Below, one piece after another: positions 24,741 to 39,113 of a stretch of 64,000 nt of DNA. This stretch comes from Octopus vulgaris. Taxonomy: Eukaryota. The stretch spans positions 50,220,001 to 50,284,000 of the forward strand of contig OX597815.1 of assembly GCA_951406725.2 (NCBI GenBank), read 5' to 3'. Below the pieces are notes generated by a model, which ran no database searches, had not been told where the DNA came from, and saw nothing but the letters and a program-made list of their open reading frames with translations. The position numbers were made by a program, and so were the translations under genes. Each line of letters opens with the position of its first letter. Position 1 is the stretch's first letter.

Positions 24741-26946
24741 GGTATAAGTTCTCCTTGGTGCATTATATTTTTAAAACAATGCATACAGTTATATTGTTGG
24801 TGGTTTATTCAAAGCATAATTGTAGATAAGTTGTATAACCGATGAAGTGTAAAATATGCAATTATGATTCTTTAAAATTACTGCACTTGTTTCTGCATAC
24901 ATCCAAGAAATAGTAGTAAAAGACATGCTGAAGGATTCACCATTTATAAAACCTTAATAAAAATTACTTCAGATATAGATGACATCTGACTAAATTGCAA
25001 GTGAGTATAAAGTTCATGTCAGGAGACATAGGGGGGCATATAAAGTGCTGATCATAGAGGTTTTTGTTATGATGCAAAGAACAAAGTAGGCTGTGACACA
25101 AATGAATTTATCATTGGTAAGACAAACTTTAGAAAAGCTAACCCACTGGCTCAGTTTTGTTCTGACCAGATGAGCGACAGATAAATTATTATGGAAATGG
25201 TTTTTATCAATGGAGAAGAATTTCTCCTGACAGATTTGTGTTTGTATAGTTTAAACTGAAAAGATTAAAAACCAGGTGAAAGATCAGAATTATAAAATGG
25301 GAGATTTGGAGATTAGAAGATTTATTGATGCAGTTTTATGTGACACAATAAATACTTATATCAATAGAAAATAGGAGCTATTGAATTCAAATAACAGCTA
25401 AAAGACAGCTGGATCTCCTTAAAAGATGGCCTAATTCAAATTACCATCTAGTTCTGTAAAAAAAAAAGTGGGCAATTCAATAATGGAATAGTGCCACCAT
25501 ATGTAAGATTCTGGGAGATATGTAATAGGTTTTGAAAAAGTAGAAAATAGAGTGTAACACAAAACTATATCATAAAGCTTAGGAGGAAGCTAAATATCAG
25601 TTTCTGAAGGAAGAAAAAGGAGGTATCAGTGAGCTGCCAGAATGAATTATAATACACATATGGACAGATATTTCCCCAAAATAAATGTTGAAATTAAGTT
25701 CAGTGTTAATGATGCATAGGAATGTCACTGTGAGTTTACTGAACAAGAAGTATGAATGAGATCAAGAACACCTATTCCTAGTCATACCAACAGAGAGTCT
25801 AACTATGGATGCCAGATGAGAGATAATCTGAAAAACAATAAATAACATAAAATATAAGAACAAGAACAAAAAGAAAATTTGCAGAATTGCTAAAATCAGC
25901 ATGAGTTAGTGTTACATGACATAGCAATTGATGTGGAGATGATTGTCCTTGATGATTGATGCAATAACATCAATAGCAACTGCTTCAGAAAAATATGAAG
26001 AGGATATAAATTGTACTGGGTTCAAATTAAATAAATTAAATTGAAAATATGAAAATAGTAGCAAAAAAATGATAGCCAAGAAAGAGAAGAAGAGAAATGA
26101 ATTGGCTAAGATGTACTTTGGACTTGTGCTATGTAGCAGAAGACATGACAAGCATTTAGTATAAACAAACATTTATTTTATATTTGTTGACTAAAAGAAA
26201 CCCAAAGACACTGGGTTTCTCTTGGCTTTGGGAGTAAAGGAACTACTTATGGATGTAATTTTCTTACTTGTAGATCAATGTATGAATTAATTAAAGAACT
26301 GTAAAAAGAAGCCCTAAGCATACAAAGTGGGCTTCAGTCAAAAGATATGCACACTAACATTTTGAAGACTAGCTTTTATAAGAAGTGGTATTTATTTTCA
26401 GAACAGGAAGGGAATAGATAGGGTCTTCATATATAGATAGTAAAATAATGACTATACAAAAAGGATTGTTGGCAAATTAACAAGGAACTAAAACTATGAG
26501 TACACCAGAAGTATGTGTAAAATATGTCCTGATGTATGTCTCTGTAACATTGAGGGTGAATACCACAAATAAATACCTGTCATAGCTGAGTGTAGTCCAT
26601 TGGTGTGTGTGATATAAGTTTACAAAAAGTAAATCAAAAGAGAGCTCTGAAAGTATCAAGGGCATTGGCTTATCTGTGTAGAATAAATACACTTGAAATT
26701 GTATAAACAAGGAAGGGGCACACAGGGAAAAGGAGTGAATTTGTGGTGGTGAGGATCTATGAGAGAAATAGTTCAAAGAATCTTTGAAATGAGATCATTT
26801 GAGTAGTTTTCTAAATGTTGAGTCTTCTACATGAGAGTATGCATGAGACTGGAGCATGGAAGAACACATGCTGTGTTGTTACATAATGATATCAAGAAAA
26901 ACTCAAAGTGATAATTATTAACCTTATTGGTACCAACTTAATAATT

Positions 26947-27128
26947 TGTACATTATTTACATTATTTACATTTGATGAATATTTGTCCTCATCTTGTTTG
27001 TTGTTAACATGTTTCGGCTGATATACCTTCTAGCCTTCATCAGGTGACTTGGGGAAATTTCAAACCTGGCATAGTGGTTAAGATTCCACGATCGATTCCA
27101 GGCAGTGACCTGAATAATAATAATAATG

Positions 27129-27159
<31 letters not shown>

Positions 27160-27390
27160 TTATGATAATAATAATTATTATTATAATCATTATTATTATT
27201 ATTATTATTATAACCACATCGAAAAATACCTTAGGAATGAAAACCCAGGTTCGAAATTTCCCCAAGACACTTGATGAAAGCTGGAGGGTGTATCAGCCAA
27301 AACGTTGTGTTAACAACAAACAAGATGAGGACAAATATTCGTCAAATGTAAATAATGTACATAATTCTTCATCTCTTAAATATAGAACTG
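26947..27390 (+). mobile_element. TSD-flanked composite retroelement: inverted hammerhead-bearing 3' copy + tRNA-like head + (AAT)n/(ATT)n + hammerhead-bearing 3' region
   Basis: 13-bp TSD caacttaataatt at 26934-26946 and 27391-27403; inverted arms ~26947-27069 and 27245-27361; A box tggcatagtgg 27067-27077; B box gatcgattc 27090-27098. Confidence 0.85.
27003..27050 (-). ncRNA. Minimal type I hammerhead ribozyme motif (second, more mutated copy on + at 27266-27311)
   Basis: gtcac-CTGATGA-a-ggct-agaaggtatatc-agcc-GAAAC-atGTT; the + copy supplies stem I gacac/gtgtt and palindromic stem III ACGT. Confidence 0.75.
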
Positions 27391-27404
27391 CAACTTAATA
27401 ATTA

Positions 27405-27619
27405 TTAACCTTTTGGTACCTGAGACCACCCCTTGTTCTATTTTATAAATTTCCTGTTTAAAATTATCTTTATAAAAACCTTCCATCAAAATTTCATGTT
27501 AATCTATGTTCTAAACACCAGCCTAATCAATTTTTATTTACTAAACTCTTCATTATTTCAAAATTTAACTGAAATAAAGGCAGAGTGTTCCAAAAGAAAT
27601 ATGATATCAAAAGAGTTAA
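27405..27619. mobile_element. piggyBac-type MITE, family B
   Basis: TTAA-ccttttggtacc...gatatcaaaagag-TTAA. Confidence 0.7.
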
Positions 27620-30600
27620 TCTGTAATACAAGAAAAAACAATTAGTCATGGCATCTTGAAGTAAATAAAACAAATGGATGATCCAGTGAGGAAGCGTCAA
27701 TATGATCATTCAGCCTGCTTGTAAAAAACAGCTAAATATTTGGTAAATTATGCCCTACTTTCTAAAAAAATTACTGGATATGTGTTTGGTAAAAGTAGAA
27801 TACCTTTTTAAACAAAAAATTGCACAGTCAGGACTATCTTGAGAATAAATAATAACAGGAAACTCGTCCAACTTTCTTTAGTTTAATGAAATTTAATCTT
27901 AAAGATCATAGATTAAAATTTTTTGTTAAATATATATTATGAAGCACAATTACAGATATGGTAAAATAGAAAAGTTTAGAACAAAAACTGAAAAGGTAAT
28001 CAAAAATTCATTTATGCTGCAGGTACATAAAGAAAAGGCAACCCTGAAAATATATGATTCAGTATACAGCTTATTCTGAAACAATCTGATCTGAATAGCT
28101 GTTAGTCAAGCTATATATTATTATGTAGAGAGAATCCAACTCTTAGATAAACATTTTGATGTAGAACATTTTGAAATGTCCTGCTTTACATTAATTCTGT
28201 CTAAACAATCTAAAGTAGTCAAAGGTAGATGACTGTTGTACCATAAATATAGAAACAGTAAGATTGTTAAAGAAATCTCTTCTAATGACCTACCTAAATG
28301 CAATATTCTAACCATGCTCAATTTTACTCCTTAGTTGGCAAATTATCCAAGATTTTAGAATATCAGATTGTTTGCCTTCTGGTATTTATTTCAACTCTTT
28401 GCACTCTGGTTTCTAATGCCACCAACTTTACCTTTCATCTAGTTTTGTACTAAAGCCTGTTCTGATCTTTCTTTCTGTCTGTCCATCTCTCTTTCAGGAA
28501 GAAATTGGCTATGGTCAGCCATAGAGGATGATAGGCTCCTCTAGATTCAAAACTTCACATGTTGCACCACCATATGTCATAACAGTAACCCTGTGCATTG
28601 AGGAACCAAGACAAGGCATTTATTTTCTTATTGTAAATGTTTCAAATTTTCATTTTGATATAGGAAATAAGGTTGTCAATCAGTAGTGTCATTAGAACGT
28701 TAGATAGGGTAGCCTGTGGTATTTGTTACAGTTCCCTGTTCTATATGTTCAAATCCTGTCACAATCAACTTTGCCTGCCATCCTTTTGGGGTCGATAAAT
28801 GAAGTGCCCATTCAGGATAGTAGATGCATGGAATCTTAGAGCATCAGAGGAAAAACCTTGCAGTATTTGTTCCAGCTCTTTGCAACCTGGGTTTAAATTC
28901 CAGCTCTTAACACGAACCCAAAATGGAGTGTATGGATCCCACCTAAGGATGGTAGACCTAACAAAGTGATGCATCAACTGGAGCAATATCTCTATCACAT
29001 CTATATGCATGATGGGTGCACCCTACTGAACAGGGTAAATGCAAAGACAAGAAAGCAATTGAAAGAGAAAATATTTTTTAAGGGGCCATTCATAGAATTG
29101 TGATTGACTCATACCCACAAACATTTGGCTATGCTTCTCATCAATGACCTATTTCCATTATATTTCAGACAGATTCAATGCTGAGTTGCTGAAGCAGAAA
29201 TATCATAACAAATATTCTTCTCAGTACCACAGATTTACTTGTCAGTTGCTTTATCTTAACCAGTTGAGCATGTCCCTTAGTAGCTGACAATATATGCATC
29301 TCTGATCACAAACAAGAGTAGTGGGGGAGCATCGTAACCATGTGTTGAGAGGGATTCTTAGGAGTTTGAATAAATGTGGCAAAAGCAAAGTTTGAAGGAA
29401 ATATTAGCTATTTTTCACATTTTCCAGAGGTAAGCAAATAAGAAATAGCAGTTGCTACCCCAGGACAAAAATTGTGTTACACAGGGTAACCAAGAAAAGA
29501 CTGTTACTCTGAATATATTTATACTATTGATACTTTTATTGCTATTTTGTGTGTAAGGGTATGGTTTTGTTCAATTCATAATGTAGTTTTTTTACCGTGG
29601 TCCCTATTAACTCAACTTCTTTTAAATAAGATCCAACTAGATTACTTTAAATTGTCTTTAATTTATATTTACCCTATCTGTCATCTATTACCAAGGCAAT
29701 TTTTTTTACTCATGTCATGTCAAATTTCTACTCCTGTCAGCTTTTCTCATTGAATAGCTAAATTATTGCAGTTGTCTTTCTCTTATGCAGGGAAACTTCT
29801 TTTTAAAACATTGCTAAAAAACCGTCTGACAATTTTAGTAAAAAGGTAAACATTAATAAAATGAGAAAATAGCTGTCGCCTCAAAGTTCCTGAGATCATC
29901 ATTTTTTTATCTAGATTTTTGTCAAGTGAATAATTCATGATGAGGTCTATTTAAAGAGAACTGATTTTTAAACTTGAAAAGCTAGAGATATAATTGTATT
30001 CTCAAAAGCACCGTAGCAATGTGATAGCTGCAAAAGAAAGTCAACTTGATGCTCTTTGATATTTTCTTCTTTAACAAAAAAAAAATAAAATAAAATGAAA
30101 AAAGATTTACTTTTTAAAAATGGCTGCCACTGCCATTACTACAAGTAAGAAAGAAGGAATGATAATGATGTCAGTGATGCTGAGTAATAGAGTTTAAATG
30201 TCAATGATGATGATGATGCTACCACTGATGATCATTATGATTATGATCGTGATAAAAAAGGAAAATTTTTTTTAAAAAAAATATGAAAGAAAATTTTTGA
30301 AAAGATAAAAATCTTTTTAAACCTGAATGAATTCAGAGGGTAGTATTTAAATGTGTTCCCTTTGGAATTATCAAAATAAATAAAATAAGAGAGAGAAAGA
30401 AAATCATATAAATAAATACAAACAGGAATACATACATCAGAGCAAACTTTTATAATAAGCAACTTTATGCAAAGGAAGATGTCTTGTTGCATCTAAATCT
30501 ATAAGTATGTTTATCATCTCTTCATTTGATTCCCATTAGAGTTAATAAGCATATTTTCTCATTATGAAAATAAAATCAAGGATAATGGAAGATGAGGGAA

Positions 30601-30639
30601 GGAGAATGTAAAATATATACAATCATATATAAAAGTATA

Positions 30640-31161
30640 TTTATTTGTATGTATATATATTTATACATACACACACATATATAAAAACACACACATACAC
30701 GCACATATATATACATATATATATACTTATATACATACACACATATATATACATATGTATATATACTTATACACACACATATATATACATAGATATACTT
30801 ATACACACACACACACACATATATATATACATATATATACTTACATATATACACACATACACATATATAGACATATACATTGTATGTATATATATATATA
30901 TATATATACATATATATTATATATATATAAACATATACATGTAAACATACATACATATATATATGTATATATATATATACATATGCATATATATAAATAA
31001 TAAATGAAAAATGTAAATAAACAAATGACATAACATACACTGGGTGTACAACCGGACAGGAGACAGACATATATATATATATGTATATATATATTTACAT
31101 ACAAACACACACATACATAGATATATTTACATATACGCATGAATGTGTGTGTGTGTGTATG

Positions 31162-31202
<41 letters not shown>

Positions 31203-31208
31203 ATATAT
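30640..31208. repeat. Complex (TA/CA)n microsatellite field
   Basis: Direct reading. Confidence 0.95.
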
Positions 31209-31434
31209 TGGGAAATAGGAGAATTAGTGAAGTAAGTACTCAAAGAATGGTGTTTTTTCTCTCAACATGCACACTTAGGAAACTGAACTATATTAAACAG
31301 TAAATATATGATATGCAACCATGACTTGAATTTTGTTGAAAATGCTAGATGGTATAAGTCGGATAACTAAATGTCAGAATCTTAGAAATTTTCCTTTTAT
31401 TTATTGTCTGTTTGTGATACTAATTTCTTTTAGA

Positions 31435-32088
31435 TGCTGGCGTGGCTGCATGTTAAGAAGTTTGCTTCCCAACCACATGCTCTAAGTTCAATCCCACCGC
31501 CCATCACCTTGGACAAGTGTGCCTATCACTCAGTGGTTTGAGCATCTGGCTTACAATTATGAGGTTGTGAATTCAATTCCCAGACCAACTTGTGTGTTGT
31601 ATTCTTAAGCAAGACTCTTTATTTCACTTTGTTTAGTTCACTCAGCTGTAGAAATGAGTTGCGACATCATTGCCAAGTTGTATCAACCTTTGCTTTTCCC
31701 TTGGATAACATCAGTGGCATGAAGAGGGGAGACTGATATGCATGGATGACTGCTAGTTTTCTAGAAATAACTTTGCCCGGATATGTGCTTCAAATGGGAA
31801 CTTTCTAAAGGCGATCCTATGGTCATTCGTAACTGACGATAGTCTTAGACATATTCAATGTATGTATGTATGCATGTAAATGTATCTTTGTATCTGTATA
31901 TGCCCCACCACCACCACCATCACTAGACAATTGGTGTTGGTATTCTTCTAACTTAGTGGTTTACCAAAAGTAACCAATATATCCAGTTCCAGGCTTAAAA
32001 AAAGTTAGTACTGAGTCAATTCATTCAATTGAAATTCTTCAAGTCAGTGCCCCAGTCTAATGACTGAAACAAGTAAAAGATAAAAGAT
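31435..32088 (+). mobile_element. Dominant SINE interrupted by a different CORE-type SINE (~31525-31845)
   Basis: Host head to ccttggacaagtgt; insert with its own tRNA-like head and ttcactcagctgtagaaatgagt core; host tail resumes ~31900. Confidence 0.7.
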
Positions 32089-32168
32089 ATAACTTCTTTT
32101 AGATTTTAAGATTACCATATACACCTATACATGCATACATACATACATACATACATACATACATACAT

Positions 32169-32199
<31 letters not shown>

Positions 32200-32795
32200 T
32201 ACATACATGCATGTATATACACACACACATTTGTATACATATCTACTCAGAAATGTTTGCACATAAACATGCATTAAGATGGAAGAGAAACAAACCTGTG
32301 CCAAGTCAATATGCTGAAATTAAAAAGGATAAACAACAGGATAATGTTATTGATTGCAATTACATTTAAAGAATAATGTTCAGATAATTCTTAGCAGTCT
32401 TTCAAATAGTGTGTGTTTGTGTATGTGTGTGTGTGCGTGCGTGCATGCGTGTACACATGCATGCGTGCATGTGTTATTGTGACTCTTCTCAGAAACGATA
32501 GTTGTAGCATCTGTCCATGCTGTAAGATGACAATAAACACCAACTAACTTACTTTGCTTGTAACATTGAGTTCTTCCTTATTATAAATTTCTACAATTAC
32601 CAAACTCAAAACAATCTGTTAGTCATCTATCTCTCCCTACCCCCCTCTCTATAAATTATTTGCTATTTAATTGAATGCGATGCATCCATTTCCAAGTAAG
32701 TTTATCTTCACCTTTTTGATGTGACTCTTCTCTATACTGTTTTCTTCCTCTATCCTTCTCTAATTCCCTTTTCTCCCCTTGCCCCGTCACCATTT

Positions 32796-32827
<32 letters not shown>

Positions 32828-33310
32828 CTCTTTTTCTCTCTCTTTCTCTCTCATTGTTCCCCTTCAACCATCTTCCATTTTCCTTTTCCTGGACAGACAT
32901 TCAAAAGAGCAGACATTTTTTCTCTCTTCTATCTTTTCTCTTTTCAAAAAAAAATATTTCTCACAGCATTCACTATTTTCCTCTCATTCTGGTCTAACAA
33001 CTCTCCATGTTTGTCTTCATTCAGTTTCCTTGTATGTCTCCACTGTCATGTTTTGTTTCCAAATTTGACCCTCCATAAATCCTAAATTTTATTTTAGAAT
33101 TTATGGGAGCAACTTCTTTGGAGACTCATATTGTCACTGAATGCTCAAAATGAGGAGTAGATAGACAGCTGACTACTGATGAACAGTCTTTTCTCTGCGT
33201 TTACTTGTCCTGTTCTCCATTTTTTTTCTCATTGGTTACATATTGTTTACGTATTTCATGTTGTTTGAACCATTGGTGACGTCCTGTACCTATGCATGTA
33301 TATATATATA

Positions 33311-33680
33311 GGTGCAGGAGTCGCTGCATGGTAAGTAGCTTGCTTACCAACCACATGGTTCTGGGTTCAGTCCCATTGCGTGGCACCTTGGGCAAGTGTC
33401 TTCTACTATAGCCTCAGGCCGACCAAAACCTTGAGTGGATTTGTGATGTGTGTGTGTGTGTGTGTGTGTGTCTGTGTGTCTGTGTTTGTCCCACAACATC
33501 GCTTGACAATCGATGCTGATGTGTTTACATCCCCGTAACTTAGCGGTTTGGCAAAAGAGATTGATAGAATAAAGTACTAGGCTTACAAAGAATAAGTCCT
33601 GGGGTCGATTTCTTCAACAAAAGGTGGTGCTGCAGCATGGCCACTGTCAAATGAATGAAACAAGTAAAAGAGTAAAGCGT
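33311..33680 (+). mobile_element. Dominant SINE, full length
   Basis: Matches 19180-19606. Confidence 0.9.
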
Positions 33681-34052
33681 ATGTATTTACAGCTATGTGT
33701 GTGCACATGTATATGTAAGTGTGTGTCAACTGGAATTGAGTTATAACACCAATGATTTCCTGTCTGTGTAGTAAGTAACACTTATTAATACATTAATATA
33801 TTAGTAACAAAAAATGTAACTGTCATTGCTGAATGAAATACAAAGGAAATAATTATACTACATGCCTATAAGAAAGTGACAATCTTCACTGAAAATCTGT
33901 TTGGAAAGACTATATTAATATTGGAGAATATAATGAAATATATGAGTTGTCATATTTTAGATTGAATCCTCACCAATAATATGTAATAGTACTTTATTCT
34001 GAAAACTTCATAGGTAAAAATACACGAATAAAAAAGGTTAGTAAGCTAATTA

Positions 34053-34208
34053 CTGTGGCATAGTGTGGTGTCTGCAGTCTGCACAGACTGCACAGGATGG
34101 TCACTTTGCATGCATGTGATTATTGCATTCATAGGTATGTTATATTTAAAGGAAGGAACAACTAATTTGGCTACTGCACAGATGTCTGAAAACAATGCTA
34201 TCCCACCG
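34053..34208. mobile_element. Possible hAT-type MITE
   Basis: Ends ctgtggcatag / ctatcccaccg resemble cagtggcgtag TIRs; internal palindrome tgcagtctg-ca-cagactgca. Confidence 0.45.
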
Positions 34209-37200
34209 ATTAATCATCAAATATAATGCCTCCTCTTATGTAACCTTTATTTCTTTCAGCTGTCTCAAATATTTTGCACTTATTTTTTATATAGGCATTA
34301 TATAAAAGACATAGAATTTGAAGAATGGGCTTTGTTGATTATTTTTACCTCAGTATTTGAGTGGTATTTATTTTATCCCTCCCACCCAGCAGGATTAAAG
34401 GCAAACTGAATTTGGTAGACCTTGAACAGTTTATAATTAAAACATGTTCAAACAAACTATTTCTCCTCCCTAAAATTCTCAGACATTGATTTTTTTTTTT
34501 GATTTTTTTTTTGCAATAATTAGAGATTTTTTTCCTTTGAATGTCTCTAAATTTAATCACAGACAGCCTCAGAAATATTGCTTACCCTGTCAGTTTATCT
34601 GACAGTAACTATAGGGTGTGAACTTCAGCATTCATTCTTTGTCAACTCTTTAAGAGACTCAGATGCAATAATTTATAAAATTGATCAAATACTAAAATCG
34701 AAATCTATCTTAACCAAATATCTTTTGCAGAGATAAAATTAGGTTAATTACAAAATTACATTTCATATAATGACTTCTAACAATATTGGAAAGCATGGTT
34801 GCCACTTGAGATTGTTGTCATTATTTGATTGAAAAATGATAGCAAACTCTTCTGCCAGGTGAGCTAAAATATTCAACAGATATTCAATAAAGACTGATTG
34901 ACTAATGTCATTACAGTGAGAAACAACATTATAAAAATCAATTATATGATATTTCAGGACATTTTATCCATGTTGTTCTTTCAGATCAAACTTGCATTAA
35001 TTTATTCCTGTCTTCAGCTCTTTATACTGGTACTGAATGGAGCAAATCTTAGACTTACTTCCCCAGCTCTTTATCTTTCATTCTTTACTATTTTGCAGCT
35101 GATTTTATATTTAGATAAAATGCATAGTTTAATTTAGGCTATTATACACTGAGAAGATGTGTTATTTAGGAAATCCACTTCACTCTCAAGACGGCTAAAA
35201 GGCAACATAGATGACAGCTTTGATCAGATGCCAGGAAAAGCTTTCTTCAGGAAATATTCTACCAGCATGGGTTTGACAGTCTAGCACAGTTCCACTGCTA
35301 ATGGCAGAATTAAAACAAAGTATTCAATAATATGGAATCATTTCAAAAATAAGATGTGTTAAACCCATTTACTCTTTAAGCTTTTATGTCAAATGAACCC
35401 TTGCAACAGTAGATTATACTTCAAATAGATGATCCAGGAATGAAATATATTTGTAGGTAATATGTGTATGTGTACATGACTTTGTAGTATTACATAGAAT
35501 AATTAAAAAAATGCTTGTTTACAGTTTTCTACATATATATATATATATATATATACAAAGCAATTGTTAGAGTGAATTACAAAATATAGATTTCTCAGTG
35601 ACAATTGCATCAATCTTTTGTTGATGCCTTAGTGGAATTATCACTTTGCCAATAAAACCACTCATAATTCTCACCATCCTGTATAGTACATTTATTCATG
35701 AATCCTTACATATGCAGATTTTCATGTACTATTTTGCTGTTGTTTAGTCAAGATAAAGATTATTTATCTTAATCTCAGAGTATTAGCCTTTATTTTGAAA
35801 AAACAATTTAAATTTTCAGTTTTCATTACTTGGACCATCCCACACCAAAATCAGGTTAAAGATTTGAAAGACGCACGAAAAATACTCAGGTGTAAGATTC
35901 AAAAGTAATTTTAAAACTGCTAAGCTTGGTACAAATGATGTGGTGATGGATTTTTTCTTCCCGCTTCATCCTATTTTCTCGACCCTCTTCACTACCCTAA
36001 ATATTTTACACTATTCTTCTTTCTTAAAATTGCATCCCTTTCAGGTCCTCTCCATGTCTTCTCTTTTGAAGCTGATTATCATTTGTCAACCTCAATAGTC
36101 TCAGAATGTCTCTGAAAGTTATAAGTACCTATCACCACACCTCCTTTTATGGAATAAAAACAAATATTTATTAAAGAATATGTAGCATTAAGTGTTTAGC
36201 ATGCAACAGCTGGATATTTTTGTATTATAAAAATAAATACTCTTGTGATATAGACATCATATTTGGAGAAATAATATTTCTTCACAAAATGATTTTAAAA
36301 GTTACTTATACAAACTGATGTTACCCAGTGCAACACATCTCTTACTATTATCAAACATTAAAAACCTTAAGGACTTTTAAAAACTCAAAATTCAAACAGG
36401 ACCATATTCACACACTTAATAAGACAATCTAGACAAATCCAGAATAGAAAATTAATACTTTATAAAATTACCAACAGATATAAAAGGATATTAATCAATG
36501 CTAGTAGAATCCCTTCTCATATATACAAATTAGTCATCACTGAATAAAATTTATCATACAGTTTTCTTTATTATATAGCAGCATTCATGGTTTTTTTCAT
36601 CCAGCCTGGAGCCAACTCACAAACCACGCCTTTTACTTACTAAATTGTAGCCATATCTTTTAATATGCATGCCATGTTTCTTATTAACATGCAAGTCACA
36701 TATCTTTTTCTTTTATGAAACACAAATCTCTCATCTCTGAAACGTCACCTTTTTCTACCACTGTATTCCAACTTTAGTCTCAAAGATGGTGTCAGCATAT
36801 ATGTAGAAACCACTCTCTCTACCACTCACTTTGGCATCAGCAGCAGAAAATGCCAGTAATTCTGGCACAAAGTCATCTTCAGTCCTCTAAATGTGTCAGC
36901 TATGTCTACAAATCTCTATGTTTCCAACCACTTGCAGCTATATTTTTGCTGCCATGGACACTATCAGGAAATAAGGAATACATACAATAACTACAATTCA
37001 ACTGTCATCAAATTACCTGTAATAGCAAAAGCATACTTAGGGTGTTACCCATCTTATGATGGGTAACATGCTAGTATGTGTGTGTGTGAATTATTAACGA
37101 ATAATTAAAACTTCTAAAATAATGAAGATGAATACTATATGTTTGTTTCTCCAATGCTGATGTGAAAATATTAAAATGATGTTGTTGGAAAGATTTGAAC

Positions 37201-37577
37201 ATCAGATTTTTGACAAGTAGCAGATGTGCTAACACTTGTCAATGGGTTGATTGTTTTGTTTACTTTTTCACTTTCTAGCTGCTTTTTTCATCAAGCATAC
37301 CATTAGACACACACACACACACACACACATACTTGGTTTGACCAGAAACCTTGTAAGTGAAATGTGCTGGATGGAAACTGAGTCCATCAGATATATTGCA
37401 TCTACAATTCAAAGATCCATTCTTGTCAGACACTATCATAGTAATCCTCTCAAAGAATTAGCTTTCAAGCAGATGTCTTTATGCAATAAACAGCCACTTA
37501 CACACTAATTTAAAGTGTAGACTGTTCTATTGATCAAATAACTAATACACATGTTACTGAAAGAAATAAGCTTTATT

Positions 37578-37638
<61 letters not shown>

Positions 37639-39062
37639 ATGTGTGTATATGTATATGTATGTGCATATATCTATTATATCTATGTATGTATGTGATAATG
37701 AATTCATTCTTAATGAATAACCTATGACTGCTCTATAGCAGTTGCTTGTGTGCAAAACCTGGACTAGGAACAACCATGACATCTCAGCCACAGTACTTTG
37801 ATTAAAATGTGAATGAAAAGGTTTGTTACTGAAACAACCTGCACAAAGAAGTCGCCTTTCTCCCTTAACAGTGCAACATGAACTGGTGTACACTGTACCA
37901 TTAGACAGAAAAGGACTCATACTAGGAAAAGACACAAGATCGAAACAAATGTTTGATCTGCTTTGATATCACAATTCACATCCCATGCCAACTTCTTTTA
38001 CCGTTACATAATGTGCCTAATAGTAAAGCTAAATGCATTCTAAAGTGGATTGTAGACAAACTTGACTGTGCAAAACAGTATATACAATTTCATTGTGATG
38101 CATGAAAATTCCTGCTGTCATAGTTGAGGTTTTTAAACACATTCTTGTTTTATAAGTATAGGACACAGAACATAATTATTTGGAAAAGTTTTTGGAGTAA
38201 TACCAGCCTAAGTTAATTTGCTAAATAGTTAAGCTTGATTTTCATATTTTTGTGACAGGTCTTGCTTTTCCTTCAGTTGCATGTCTAGCAATCTACCTCA
38301 CTCTAGTATGATTGCACAGTAAGTTAGATTATCTTACAAATCCTTAGCAATTGCTACTGACTTTATTATATTTTCTCTTCCCTTGTTATAAATACCTAAC
38401 ATATTTTTAATGTGTTTAATGACTAAGTTTAAAATCTGAAAGTGCTAAAGTTTCAGTTTTAAATAAGCAAAGTATGTTCTCACTAAGACACAACAACTCC
38501 AAACGCCAAGACAAAAAAAGATTATATTAATCATTGAACATCAATGTTGCTCAAAATATTAGCACTAAAAACTGTTTATTGTTATATTGATGATGTCTCA
38601 ACTTGTCTTTCAGTCCAGTGTTCATATAATTCATCTTCAGTTCATATATACAGTACTCTAATACCCCTTAATCTATTCAGATGGTTGTACAATGTAATGA
38701 TGCAAATCTATGGCAGTGAAATATGATCAAACAGATTTTTCAACTGAGGGCAAAGCAAGCAGAGGAAAACACAAACCCTTTATACACCAATGGTTATATG
38801 TTGCTGATTAGTGAGGGCAATATTCAGGAGGAAACTTTTCAGGATTTGTATATTTTTTGCCAGAGATAATTGAGAATAGGAGGCATTTGCAGCTGAAACC
38901 TTCAACCAATTAGTCTGTTACATATTATTCATGCACACTAATGAGAACAAAATCTTTTTTTATATACGTCAATTTAAAAGTTTTAAAGAAATATATCTTT
39001 TATGCTTCACTTCTGTCAGTTGTTCCTGCAGCAACTTTGCATAAACAAAAATATAAACACCT

Positions 39063-39113
<51 letters not shown>

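Noticed and set aside
24980-26870. Possible ancient LINE remnant
   Set aside because: No translatable diagnostic motif could be recovered by eye.
29890-29950. tgagatcat bantam-like seed (also ~26790)
   Set aside because: The remaining mature sequence does not match, and there is no convincing hairpin.
32860-33300. Possible further Penelope remnant with ctgatgaa motif
   Set aside because: Too degenerate; no GAAA partner or stem II could be assigned.
34578-34620. cttaccctgt seed resembling lophotrochozoan miR-1991, with a short hairpin
   Set aside because: The match is limited to the first ~10 nt and the stem is too short for a pre-miRNA.
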